From positions 15,502,001-15,566,000 of the forward strand of contig CM052832.1 in the NCBI GenBank assembly GCA_028534125.1: a stretch of 64,000 bases of DNA. Direction: 5' to 3'. The stretch's first letter is position 1. Each line of letters opens with the position of its first letter. The notes under the pieces were generated by a model, which worked only from the letters and a program-made list of their open reading frames with translations, was not told the DNA's origin and made no database searches. Position numbers and translations under genes: made by a program. This DNA comes from Lama glama. Taxonomy: Eukaryota. This document shows, one piece after another, positions 10,585 to 23,320 of the stretch.

Positions 10585-10958
10585 TTCTAGGGTATGAGTA
10601 GAGTCAGGGTGCAGACCAGAGCTGCCTGAAATTATTCATCAGCACCTGCCAAGCCTGCCTTCTGAGATCCTCCTCTTCCCCCTTCCCCTCACCTATTACC
10701 ACTTGCTCCTGCTCCATTCACTACCAGTGAAGCTCGCCCCACCCCATCACTCCAGATAAGGAAGGTGGGGGTCTTGGGTGAGTGGGGTGCTGACATTATG
10801 GTTTAGGACTGTGGTTTGTTATTGTCAGGGAAAAGGGGTAGGGAGCTCATCCTGAGGTTTCTGAGTGAGAAAAGGGCTATTAACACCACTATGAACCCCA
10901 GGATTGGGACCCTTCCTCATGGCCTGGGCACAGTGTAATCTGGGGGTATGGATGGAGA

Positions 10959-10974
10959 ACTGTGAATACTTGAA
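10959..10974 (+). promoter_or_regulatory. Adjacent miR-27 (ACTGTGAA) and miR-26 (TACTTGAA) 8mer sites
   Basis: ACTGTGAATACTTGAA read directly from the sequence. Confidence 0.7.
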
Positions 10975-11168
10975 CTCTACCCCCCTAGTGGAGTCTCTAC
11001 ACTCCACACCTACCTAAGCCCCTCCTGTGAGTGGGGTAGGAGTGCCTCATCTATTTTGCACAGCCTAGGGGTTTGGAGGTCAGGGGAGAGTTCTTAATTA
11101 AGCCAAGAGCTGGGAGGGGATGCAGGCAGAGCCGGCTGACCACCTCCCACCCTTTGAGTGTGTCTGAA

Positions 11169-11174
11169 AATAAA
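11169..11174 (+). terminator. BAK1: BAK1 polyadenylation signal
   Basis: AATAAA followed by U-rich downstream sequence. Confidence 0.8.
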
Positions 11175-11859
11175 CTGCAATCCCCCCATTCCCACTTAGT
11201 AATTTTTGTCTCCTCTGCTACCCTTCACTCCATCAGGCTGGATTGGGGGAAGCTGGGCATGCCTGGCTTTCACCTGGTTTATTACTGAATAAGGTCTCAT
11301 CTTGGGCCTCCAGAATCCTGTAGTGGGCTAAGTGTGTTTCTCCAGCCCACTAGAAGGCCCCAGCCCCTTTCCCAGGCACGACCCTCATCTCTGGGTTCCA
11401 GGCAAGTTTCCAGGAAGTCAGGGGTCCCTAAACTGCTAGGCTCTGGCTGCAGAGCTGATGGAGCAGCTGCACTTGCCTGGGAACCCCCAAAGGCCTGGCC
11501 TGAATGCCTCTCCCTTCCAGGGCCCTAAAAGCCCTTCTGCCCCATGCTTGGCTCTACCTGGGACACAGTGTCCTGGCTCCCTCTTCCCGATGTCCCCCAC
11601 AGCTAGCACACACACAGGGTTTTTCATTCTAGGAGTTTTGTGCTGCATGGGAGTCCCTATGGGGACGCAGCCAGGGGTGATAAAAATAACAAGCACGGGG
11701 GCGTTTAATGTTCCAAAATCTACAAAGTCTTTCCAGTCCTGGGCACCCTGGTCTGCTGTTTTCTGACACCCTTCCAAAGTGGTCACATCCAAGTCCTAAA
11801 AGACTCTTTCTCACTCCCCTGAGGGCATCTTGCCAATTCCCCGGCCCCTGACTTGGTCT

Positions 11860-12530
11860 TCGAAGAGACCGCAGTCGTGGGCGGGAGTGCGGGATGGGCG
11901 CTGCAGCCGCGGTGGCTGAAGGGTGGTAGCTACAGGCCTCCTGAAAGAAAAGCACGTAGATAACACTTATGGAACACACCATGTGCCGGTCTTTATGCTG
12001 AGAACTTACCATACATGCCCAATCAGTAGATGTTTTACCTGGTGACCTGGGGGAGGGGAGGGGACGCCTCAAATTCCCACTTCACAGATAAGGAAACTGA
12101 GGTACCTGCCCAGAGTCACCAGGTAGGAAGGGTGGGGAGCTGGCAATTGCCACCAGGATACTGGCTCGCGGTTTTACGTGGAGGACGGAAGGGTGGGGGC
12201 TGGGGCCGTTGGTTTTGAGCGCAGGGCCCCCAAGGGGTGAAGCGTGCCCCCGCGGGAAGGAACTGCGCGACCCCTCTGAAGTCCGCGGAAAGTGGGCGGG
12301 TTGCCCGAGTCCAAGATGGCCGTCGCTGCGTCGAGTGCGCAAGCGTGCTCTCTCGTGGGCGGGGCCTCCGGGGCGCACCTCCCACTTCCTCCCCGCGAGA
12401 GGCTGGCCGAGAAGCGGACGGGCGGTGGCAGCAGCCGTGGCTTCTGCCCTTGTGAGAAAGGCGTTGGACCGCTAACCCGAAAGGCATGGGGAACCCCCAA
12501 AAGGTTTTGGCCTGTGTCTAGCACGGCCCC
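11860..12530. promoter_or_regulatory. CpG island / promoter-like element just 3' of BAK1
   Basis: High CpG density; YY1-like CAAGATGGCCG (12312), NRF1-like TGCGCAAGCG (12336), GC box GGGCGGGGC (12357) and ETS cores. Confidence 0.75.
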
Positions 12531-15500
12531 TTCCACTTCACTTCTATTCTGCCAGGATGAAGTTTCCAAAACAGAAATCTATGTACATTCGGCAGTTGTG
12601 AGAAGTTAGGAGGGACGGAGTAAAGCAGAGGCTGTGGGGGTGCAGGGAGCAGATGGATTCTGCAGGTATTAAGGAAGTTAAATGAAAGTCTTCTCAGAAT
12701 TTGTGGTTCTTCTGATATTGCAGCTGCGTCTCCTCCAAAGAGGTCTAGAGTCCTCAGTCTGTGATGCCACTGAGCTGGAGCAGTGCAGCCATGGGAAGGA
12801 GCGTGTTCAGGTGTCATGCTCAGTTGTGCAGGGTCAGTACAAATATCTGCCCTGCCTTGTACCTAGCCCCTCCCCACCCCTACCTCGCAGTTTACCTTCA
12901 TGTGTTTGCTGTTTTACCTCCTCAAAAGAAAGTTTATTTTAGATCACTGTCCATTCAAATGAGAAAATCCTTCCTTTGCCCAAACCATTCAGTAAGTTGT
13001 TTGAATAAGTTTTTATGACCTAACCATCTGAATAGCATTAAAATAAAATTATTTCATTAGTTAATTAAGATAAATAAAGCCACTGTCTCCTCCTCCTACA
13101 CACTGCAGATATAAATGCCCAAACCAAAGAAAAATCCAGATTTAATTCTGTCTAAACAGAACAGATGTATGTGTGTGAGAAAGAGACAGAGAGAGAGAGA
13201 ATGGAGTTACCAAAGATTGCTGGAGGTATCTAAATGTCAAGCACCAGGAAATCAGCAAAACCCAGTTTATGGAAAGTGGTCATCGGTTGCTGGACATGTT
13301 AAAAAGGTGAACACCAAATTACTGGGATATAAAAGATGTGGGGAGAGAAGGGATTCAGCCCACCAGACAGTAAGAAAAGCAGTGATCTGGCCTACTGAGC
13401 ATGTTCCTGGAAGCAGATCGATGGAAAATTGATCCAGTAGAGGAGCAGCCTCACATGACGAAGATCAGGTGATGGACTAATGTGGGCAGAAACTGGACTT
13501 TTCTGAGAAAAGTCAATAGCTAGAGAAACGAAAGCCACAGAACCTCCCTCCACCTGAAGTATGGGATTTGGCAATGGATCCAGGCAGGCACTAAATGGAT
13601 GCCTGTGAGGATGTGAGTGTGCTTGTGTACGTGGGGGTGGGGATAACATTTGAGTGGGCATCTGTTGTTGAAATCAACATGGAAATGAATATACCTCTCA
13701 GCTCCATTTATCTCAACTATTACTTTGCAATCTTGGAATCATTCCTGGTGCCCAACACCTCAAATTTTTCCAACTTTGGCTAAGAACACAGTTCTTCAAA
13801 GTTGTCTGCTGCATCGCATCTCGCAGTGAACCTACTTTGCAAAGTGCATGGCACACATTTTTGTGATGATTGGCTGCAGAAAAGCTGGGCTCACCAGTCT
13901 TCTCGTGTTTTGACCCGACCCTTCTCTAATCTAATCTCTGACCCTACTGAGAGCAACTTCTCCAGTTCATTTCCAGCAGATGGTTAGGCTTTTTCAGGAA
14001 TGAGAACATTTTCTTGTGTAATTCTCAGGAGGACCACACCAGGGTGAATTTGTCCAGCATTTCTGAATTGTGGATGTTATGAATCAGAGTGCAAGGGAGG
14101 CATTGGGCTGGGCTTAGGGATGTGGGTTTCCATGTCTGCTGAAAAAGAATGAGATTTCCAGGAACCTGAATAACACTGCTGTATGTGAGAAGGGCTGAGT
14201 GCAGGCTGAAAGCCAAATGCTATTCTGGTAGAGGAATGGGGGGAATCTCCCCGGTTGTGTTGTGTAGTATAAGGGACAAGATTGTTCTCACATGACCTTG
14301 GGTGGCCTGAACAATGGGCGGCTAGGAATAGTGCCCCCTTCCTTTTCCTGGTGAGGGGGACACACCCAAACTCAGCTTACCATGGGACTGGGGACTATTC
14401 CCAGTATTCTGTGCCCTAATCCTTGGCCAGCTGGGGATACAGTAATCTCCACAGGCCTGAGAAGTCCAGTTACTGGCAGCCTCAGACAATTCCTATAATG
14501 GGCTGGCACCCCAAATCCAGACTGCATGGTGCCAAGCAGCCAGGTATTCCTTCATTGAGAAGGCTGCTTTCTCATGCCAGCTCCATACAAAGGCAGGGTG
14601 AGGGATCCAGCTGGAATGCACACTGTAAAGCAGGCCCGGCTACCACTGGCCTGGCTTGTCTCCGCGGGATGAGACGAAGGTGGTTGGGGGCCCACAGCTG
14701 CTTCTTATTGACCTCATTCTTTTCTCTTTTCCAATAAAGCTGAGTGTCCTACAATTTAAGTCAATTCTGACACTTATCTAGGAGTCAGCACCACATCCCA
14801 CAAGTTAAGGGCTTAGTCCCTGAAGACTACCCTGGCTCCCTCACCCCTGACCTCAGATGCCAATTGCTGGACAACTCGGCTTTCCTCCATGTGTCATTCA
14901 CATCCCTCCAGCAGGTGAAGCTGGGCATGTTTTGGGCATGTTCTCATGGCGATCACAGAGAAGCAAGAGAAGTAGCAGAAACATATACTTTTTCTAACCT
15001 CTGCTTATATCAAGTCAGCTAACATTATTGTAATGGCCAAAGCCAGTCACATGGTTAAACTCAGACTCTTCAAGAGGGTGAGGAAATAGACTCTGCTCCT
15101 GTTATGAAAGAAATTGCAAGTTCACAGGACAAAGGGTGTAGACATAGGGAAGGGTGAAGAATTGGAGCTATCAAAGCAATCAATCTACCAATCTGTCCTC
15201 TAACCACAATTATTTCTGTTCTCCCTCCAGGCAAAACATGCTCATCCCCATTTTAGGACCCCCAAAAGATTCATCCAATCCTGACATTAGGCTCAAAGTC
15301 CAGGATCTTGTAACCTACATTAGGTCTGACTGTGGCTTTCGAATGAAATACCTATGATTTAAAAAAGGTAAGTTATTTACCCAACACACCCCAAAATACA
15401 ATGGTGAGCCAGAGACAGAATAACCACAATAGACACTCACCTGAGAAAGAATTATGAAGAATAGTAGACCTATGGCAGTCACTGTCCAGAACACTTCTGA

Positions 15501-15773
15501 AATCAGCTGGGCAAGTCCAGCCAGGTTCCCCTACTCTGCGGATGGGGAATACTCCCTGATTAGACCTGGTTCTGCTCCCACAGAGTTGCTCCCCAATCAG
15601 CTCCTCAACCCACTATTCTCCATGGCTTTTGGCTCACCCTAGTCTGAGGCATCTTTCCTTTCTCATCACGTTCTTTGGCTTCATCTGAAGAAACAACCCG
15701 TTAATGGTAGCTGAAAATTTTTCTCAGCTTGCTTTCTCCTGATGGAAAGTAGGCAGCCCAGAGGCCTCTGTAC

Positions 15774-16705
15774 TGTCCACAAAAGAATCAGTAAGTCAAT
15801 ATAAGCAAGAAATGGAAAATTTTATTTGAGCCAAATTTGAGGATCATAACCCAGGAAGAGCATCTTAGAAAGCTCTGAGAACTGTTCCACCCATTAGAAA
15901 TCAAGACATGGTTATCTAAGTTTTTTGAGATAGGAGGCTGTACATCAAATGATGTATTATTGACAGTTTACATAATCCAGATCTAAATATCATCCTGGTG
16001 GTCATGTGACCCCTTACAAGATCAAGAAGGAATATTATCTTCTAAGTGTTGTGGGCCACAACAGGGTGACCTGGTTGGTGAGATGGTAATGCATGGGTTG
16101 GTAAAAGAATTTACCAGATAAAGTATGAGAATAGAAAAGCTGTTTATTAGGGGTATGCTGCTATAGACAAGAGCGGGCCACACAGATGAGAGGTGCCTGT
16201 GTGAGCCCCGAGGCGAAGAACAGGGGAAAAGTTAAGCAGTTCTGCTGCTATAAGCAACAGCGGGCCACACAGGCAAGAGGTGCTGTGTGAGCACTGAGGG
16301 CCAGTTGTTGGGGTGTTTCATAAGGTGGGGTCACAAGGTGCACAAGTCTCTGATTGATTGTAGGTGAGGTAAGTGGTGTAGGGTCTGTGAAGGGCGGTGG
16401 GCTCTATGACTCTGATAAGGTAGGCATTACCTGGGGCTATCAGTTTGCTAGGGAAAACACGCCCAGCAAAGAATGTCAGACATCTGAGAGCCCAGGAATT
16501 AAGGTCGTGGGACTCTGAAGAACGTCAGTTGGCCCCACACTAAGTAGTCTTGGTAGGTATTCCTGCCGATGGGAGAGGTTTGGTCGATGCATAATGCAGA
16601 TACACAATGCACAGTAGAAGAGAGAGAGGAAGCCAGAGGGCAGAGAAGAATTTCTCATGCTTAAATTTTTCTTGTCTTGCCACAAAATGTGAATTTTCTT
16701 TCACA
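15774..16705 (-). mobile_element. ERV1-like solo LTR (outer), interrupted by a second LTR
   Basis: TG...CA termini flanked by a 4-bp TSD GTAC (15770-15773 and 16706-16709); TTTATT near the left end implies minus orientation. Confidence 0.75.
16047..16539 (-). mobile_element. Solo LTR nested inside the outer LTR
   Basis: TG...CA termini, 5-bp TSD CTAAG (16042-16046 and 16540-16544), TTTATT at about 16143, internal ~43-bp direct repeat. Confidence 0.8.
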
Positions 16706-16772
16706 GTACAAGTTGAATAGTCTCAGCCCTTTGCAGTGAGTCTAGACTAGCAGTGATTTGGGGGTACCATAT

Positions 16773-17392
16773 TGATACAGGAAAATGGGGTGTAAGAGGA
16801 TGGCCTTGTCCTAGGTCTTGGGCGAGTCCCTGGGATGCGCCCCAAGTAAGGGTCCTTGGCTTCACACAGGAAAAAATTCAAGAGTTGAGTAAAACTAAAT
16901 TTATTCAGAGAGATGCACATTCCATAGATAGAATGCAGGCTGTCTCAGAAGGCCAGAGAGGCCATGAGGTGTCAGGGGGTGGTTTAAGTAAAAGTAGACA
17001 CCCACTAGACTGAGTGTGAGTCATCTCAGAAGGCAAGGGAGAGCGAGAGTCCCTCGGGGTGTGGTGGTGTTAGTTTTTATGGGCTAAGTAACTTGATAAG
17101 CTAACAAGTGGGAGGATTATTCCAAGTACTTTGGGGAAGGGGCTGGGATTCCCAGGAACCTGGTCACTGCCCACTTTTTGACCTTTTACAGTTAGCCTCC
17201 ATACTGTCAGGGCACCTGTGGGTGTGTCATTCACCATGCTAATATATTATACTGAGTGTATAATGAAGCTCAAGGTCTACTGGAAGTCAAATCTTCTGCT
17301 GTCTTGGGCCTCAAGGTCTACTGAGAGTCTAATCTTCAATTGCTGTGTCATTCCTTTAATGGTTGTGCCCTGCCCCCTTCCCTACTGTATCA
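16773..17392 (-). mobile_element. ERV solo LTR
   Basis: Inverted termini TGATACAG / CTGTATCA; flanks ATAT / ATAC (near-perfect TSD). Confidence 0.75.
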
Positions 17393-17785
17393 ATACCCTT
17401 AAAATCTTTGGAATTATTCTGTATATCTGATTGGACACCGCTTCATGCATCAAGTGCCACACCCAAAATTCTCTTGGGACTTGCTTCTCTGTTGACTAGG
17501 GTGCTATGGGAGTAATTCCTTAAAATTCCTAGAAGCCCTTTTGTCCAACTGAGAGGGTGGACTAGGCATTGCCTTGATTTTTTTCAGTCTTCAGCCACAC
17601 ATTTGAGGCCATTTCTTACTTTGATGATCTTTTACTGACCTAGTAGGTTGGGAATGAGAAATAGTTTTATTTTGCAATCCGGAAAATTCTGCTCCCCTTT
17701 ACATTTCCTCCAAATTCTGGTTACAACTTAACTAGTTCTTCCATTAACTCATCTGTTTCTTTAAACCTTTATCAAACACAGATAG

Positions 17786-18426
17786 TGTAAGCAGATGGGG
17801 TAGGAGGGGTCCCCAAAGGAAGAAAACCAGACATAACTTTTTCAATGTCAGAGAAGCCTAAGCCACTTTGTGATCTAAGCCTGGCCACCATACTTGCCCT
17901 TGCAGAAGAATAGGTCTCAGTGGTGAATGACTTTAAGGGAACAAAAGAAGATAAAAACAAACCACTATTACTGGGCCAGAGAGATAACCTAACAATAACA
18001 AAGATAATAAATCAGTTGTAAAGATTCCCAGTTCTGTTTCAATGGTAAAGATTAGCCTGAAGCACATTCTTGAGCTGTTTTGCAGAATTCAAACCCCTGG
18101 AGCACTCAACCAGTGCATCAACCGGAACCCAAGGAATGATGTTGACCTTTTCTGATCTTTGTGACTCCAATCAACTGGAGCCTGGACTCTTTTGACCTTT
18201 GCCCCAATTTTATACTGAATTCTCCTCTGCCCAGACCCCTTCATGATGTACTCTCCGCTTAAAACTTCCCCAATTTTGCCATTCAGGAAGACAACTGCTT
18301 TGGGAAAGATCCCCAGTGTTCTCCTTACTTGCTGCAAGTAATAAATCCTTCCTTTTCTAGATCTTTGGCTTGGCTGTGTTTTTTGGATCATCTCCCACCA
18401 AGAGGGAACCCAGTTTTCAGGTAACT
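17786..18426 (+). mobile_element. ERV1-like solo LTR
   Basis: TGTAAGCAG start, AATAAATCCTTCC at about 18340, LTR-like 3' end CCCAGTTTTCAGGTAAC. Confidence 0.65.
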
Positions 18427-21400
18427 GACATTTTCAACATTCTGCCTGGAAATTTCTTTGCTCAAGTCTACAAGTTCACTAGATAGATTTTCTGTCACAG
18501 AGGACAGTTAACTGTTTGCCACTATATACACTAGTCACCATTTCCCCTTCTTTAACACTTTCCCAACTTTTTCAGCCTCCCCTGCCACCCTTACCCAAAG
18601 TCAAAGCCAAATATTTTAGGGTTTTGTTAAGGTGGCACCCCATTTCTAGTACCGATTTCTGTATCTGTTAACTACTACTGCGTGTATGGTCAGGCTACTC
18701 AAGGTGGCAGTTCTCTGGCTCTCTGTATATCCCCTGCTCCACTAGTGCCACCCAACTCACAGGACTGACCTTCCTACATACTTGCCTCAGGCCCCAGCTA
18801 GTGATTATTCTTATCAGAGGGGTGGTGAGTGGTGTGCCCCTCTGCTGGTTTCCCTGGTAACAAATGAGTCAACCTGACATAAATTCCCCCTATAACTGCT
18901 AACTTCCCCCTATTCCTGGGAGCAAAGACTGCCACCATGTCCTGCCCACCATCCCCTGCACATGGTGGGGTGTTGCTCTAGGACCTTATTTCAGACATGG
19001 AAGCTCCCCCATCCGTTAAACCACTGATGTCTCTGTTGCTGACTCTGGGCTCTTAATTCAGTCTTGGAGACTTGGGAGGTGCAGCCCAACATTGTATAAT
19101 AACTCCAAACCTTAGTGATTTAAAACAATAGTCATGGATTATTTCCTACAACCAGTGGTTAACTGAGCAGTTCTGCTGACTTAGATTGAGCTTGCTCATG
19201 AATCTTTAGTTAGTCAAAAGGTCTAGGTAGGGGTTGACTGGTCTGGTATGACATCTACTGGGACAACCTGGCTCTTCCTCCTGTGTCTCTGTCACATCCC
19301 CCCAGCTAGCCCAGACGTGTTCTCAAGCTAGACTGGGCATGTTCTTATAGCAATTGCAGAAGAGTAAGAGAGAAAATGCAAACACAAAAGCACTTGTATA
19401 ATCTTCTGCTGGCCTCAAGCCTGCTAAAATCCTATTTGCCATGGCCAGTTACCTGGCCAAGTCTAGATGTAAGGGGTAGGGAAATAGGCTCTATTTCTTT
19501 TTTGAGAAATACAGGGCAAAGGGTGTGGATATAGACAGAGGTCAAAAGTTGGGATCATGAATGTAATCAATCTATCACAAATTATTACTGACTGATTGAT
19601 TGGCTAATTTTTCTTTTCTCTGAGAAACCAGATTGCTCTAAACGGAGTTGATTTAAATCATCGATCAGATAATTAACTATATTTTCTTCTTAAAATGTTT
19701 ATTTTTCTTAGAATCCTCCACATATCCTTTAACTCCAAAACACATGTATGCACACTATTTCTGTTTTTAAAAGCAGTAAATCATCTCAAAATCCCACTGT
19801 GGGTGGTGGAGGGATCAGAGTAAGGAGGGGGTGCCTCCGTGGAGAAGGACATTTTCTTCCTTTTTACAAATCTGCCTTCCAGATATGAACACACAGCCCT
19901 GCCTTACATTTGGAAAAAGAAGAGGCCCTGGAATCAACATTTATCTGAGTTTGGGGGAAAAAGTTGTGACACAGGAAAGGAGAAAAGAAGAAATAAATAT
20001 GTGTTGAGGTATTATGCTTATGACAGACATCTTGTTTGGCTGTACAGTTGTCTAAGATAGAAATTAGTATGCCCATTTTATAGATGAAGCAAAAAAATAT
20101 ATAGGTAAAAGAAAAAAGTATACTACAGAAGGAGAACATGATAGTAAAAATAATAGTTGCATCATTCACTCTATCATAATTATTTTTTCTTCACATAGAT
20201 AAAATAATATATATACTGTACTGGTTTTGTTTAAATCTAAGTTTACATTTAAAAAGGTAATTTATCTGACTTTTCTCTAGTTGTAGGGGCAAATCAATAA
20301 GATGGTTGTAGAACTGTGGCAAGAAAAATATGAACAGAAAGTATTTTATTCTACCACCTTGGGATGGAAAATAGAAATGACTAAATAAAAACAAATCTAT
20401 GATGCTACTTCTTTCTTGTAAATGTTAGGGAAAAGATTTGGGAAGGCTGAGATAGTCTCTGTGTGTTTGTTTTTAAATGTGTCTATAATTTTTAAGAGAA
20501 TTTGGCATATTAGAGAATCTGACAGATTAATCTTGTGATTTCAAATGGATTTGTGTCATTTATTTTAGAGTTGTGATTTGAAGCTGAAAGGTATAAGATA
20601 ATTTGATTACATTTGTAAACGTATTGAAATCTTGAAGATAACTTGATTTACCACATTTAGAAGCTTGAATAATTAGGTTTATGAGTCCTTTACATGCTTA
20701 GGAAGATTTTTTTTCTTGTTTGACTTGTAAATCTGCCCTATGAGGAATCTGAAGTGCTAGAAAAAAATCAAGTATATTAAATTTGTAAATGTAGTTTAAA
20801 TATTTAAGAGAATTTAATTAACTAACTTTGTAAATGGCATGAGTAATGTTCAAGCAAATTTAATATGTCAAGCCCATGGGCTAACTGAACATTAATCAAG
20901 GAACAAGTTATTGCTCTTATTTTTATATAAAAACTACAAGATGTCTAAATGGAACACCAAAGTTATGCAAGTTAAACTGAAAAACTTGAGAAAATTTGTT
21001 TGCAAATTTACAACATTAATTAATTGAAAATGAATTGAGCATAAGCAACTACAAATAGTCCTCTCTGCTCTCAGATGTGCAGAAAGGATATCTGCTTCCT
21101 TGGCAGCAGACTACCTCCATCTCACAACGTTTTCCTTCCTTGATCTGTGACAGCCCTCATTACTAGGAACTCTTTCACTGGACCCTGTCTTTTATGGTTA
21201 TTTAACTTTCATAAGAATGCACATTTTGCCTGAGCACTTTGAGAGCAGGACTCATGTGAGCAGTTTAGCAAGTACTTGGCACAGAGTAAACCCTCAATAA
21301 ATGCTAGATATCTGCTCCCCACTCTAACCCCAGTATCTTCTCTAAACCCCACAGCATCCACAAGCATCAAGAAATACTCACTGAATATCCTTTCTCTTGA

Positions 21401-21478
21401 TCCAGTATTTTCTAGAAGTTTGGCTTACAGAAAAATCTAAATAGAAAAAATACTTCATGGTCAAAAATGTTCATTTGT

Positions 21479-21990
21479 AAATGTCCATCGACAGATGACT
21501 GGATAAAGAAGATGTGGTATATAGACACAATGGAATACTACTCAGTGATGAAAAAGAATGGAATAATGCCATTTGTAGTACTGCAAATGCTGGATGGACC
21601 TAGAGATTATCATATTAAGTAAGTCAGACAGAGAAAGACAAATATCATATGATATCACTTATATGCGGAATTTAAAATATACTATAAATGAACTTATTTA
21701 TAAAACAGAAATAAACTCACAGACATAGAAAACAAACTTATGGTTACCAAAGGGGAAAGGGGTGGGGAGGGATAGATTAGGAGTTTGGGATTAGCAGATA
21801 CAAACTCTGTATATAAAATAGATAAACAACAAGGTCCTACTGTGTAGCACAGGGAACTATATTCAATATCTTGTAATAAACTGTAATGGAAAAGAATTTT
21901 AAAAAGAATATATATGTATAACTGAATCACTATGCTATACAACAGAAACTAACACAACATTGTAAATCAACTATACTTCATTAAAAAAAA
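21479..21990 (+). mobile_element. 5'-truncated L1 3' end
   Basis: ORF2-end and 3' UTR motifs (GATGACTGGATAAAGAAGATGTGG; GTAAATCAACTATACTTCA-polyA); ~16-bp TSD AAAAATGTTCATTTGT / AAAAAAGTTCGTTTGT. Confidence 0.9.
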
Positions 21991-22929
21991 AGTTCGTTTG
22001 TGACAAAATTTCAAATAGCTAAATATTAGGACTGATTATTTCAAAGTAAGGAAATAGTTGAGCAATTTTATTTATTCCTTTATATACAATCTTGTGTCCA
22101 AAAGGATTATTTTTTTAAGAGCAAAAGGATTTAAGATGGCCTAAACCAAAGAACAAGATAAAATACATTTAAAACAAACAAGAAATATAGGGTATAGGGA
22201 AGGAAAACAAAGAGCAAAGTGAGAAGGGGCCAGGAGTGGGGTCAGCAATACAGAAAAACACACAAACTAAAGTCGTATACCCTTGACTGGAAAGATTTGC
22301 TTTAAGCTTTCTAGCAGCCAAGTCCACTTGAATTCAAAACTCGAAAGGTCTATAGGTCAAAAACTAACAAATTGCTTTAGAAAAGTTAAAGTCTTCTTGA
22401 TAGCAAGATCAGAAGGCAGTCCTCCTTCCGATAATTAGGGAGCGGCTGTGTAATGAACCAGCGCCATCCTCAACAGTTTTTTGGAGGAAAAAACACAATG
22501 ATGAGCTTCAGCACTTCCCCAAGGACAGGCGAAGACACAGCTCAGTGCTGCCATTCTAAGAAAGGCCGATATTCCCAGGCACAATAGGCTCCATCCAGGT
22601 GATTTAATTTAGGATGAGTAAATAAATGATGATAATCCAATGAATGGACTCTGACAATGCAGACCACAGTATGGGGGATGGGGAGGAGAATGCTTATGTG
22701 AAAGAATTAATTGGGAAAATTGAAGATGACAAAAACACAGTATCAAACTTTGTGTAGAAAATCATTGGAGTAAAATTCATTTAAATGTTTACTAGTTATT
22801 TCCGTATATTAGGAGTACTATTTATTTTTTATTTTTTATTTTTTATTTTTAGATGTCCATGGGAAATTAAATGGGTAAAAGTATTTTGAAAGATGACTCA
22901 CAAAATCTGAACAGTGATTAGACCAAACC

Positions 22930-23320
22930 TCACAGCTGCGCCCCTGCGCATCCTAACCCGGGGCAGCACGTTTCCGGTAAAAACCCAAGCCAGCGGTACC
23001 CAGGCGTCCCAGGGCAGTCGCCCACAAAGACTCAGGGTCCTCCGTGGAGCCTAGACAGGACCGGAAGTGGGCTGGGGCGGGGCCTGAGGCCCCTTCAGAC
23101 TCGTGGTCCGCTGCTGGGGCAGTTTCGCCCTTAGACCAGAGTCCATCGAGATCCTGCGGTGGAAGGCGGACAACCTGCACTCTATTCCCCTATGCTTCCC
23201 CTGACCTCACCTCGCCATGCCGTCAGCGCCCAAGGGGAGTTGGTGCGGGTCCTGAGCCCGTGCATCACCTGGTGCGTGGGATCATCGGGGCCCTGCCACC
23301 CTCCCCTCGACTTCCTATTC
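22930..23320 (+). promoter_or_regulatory. CpG-rich promoter of the KRAB-ZNF locus
   Basis: NRF1-like TGCGCCCCTGCGCA, inverted ETS TTTCCGGT (22971), perfect ACCGGAAGTG (23060) and GC box GGGGCGGGGC (23074), about 350 bp before the first KRAB-A exon. Confidence 0.7.

Larger units (their letters stand above)
9959..11195 (+). other. BAK1: BAK1 3' UTR (end approximate)
   Basis: Runs from the stop codon to the AATAAA at 11169; contains several miRNA 8mer sites. Confidence 0.8.
14730..19580. mobile_element. Older MaLR/MER21-like LTR relics hosting the younger LTR cluster
   Basis: MLT1-like motifs at about 14880-15140 and 19100-19580 and a MER21-like piece at about 14730-14870; boundaries approximate. 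Confidence 0.5.

Noticed and set aside
11436..11792. 118-aa minus-strand ORF near the 3' CpG island
   Set aside because: TTG start and no recognisable homology; kept only as a possible non-coding exon.
19600..21050. AT-rich block as a possible structured or conserved element
   Set aside because: No repeat unit, ORF or fold I can support; probably an eroded ancient repeat.
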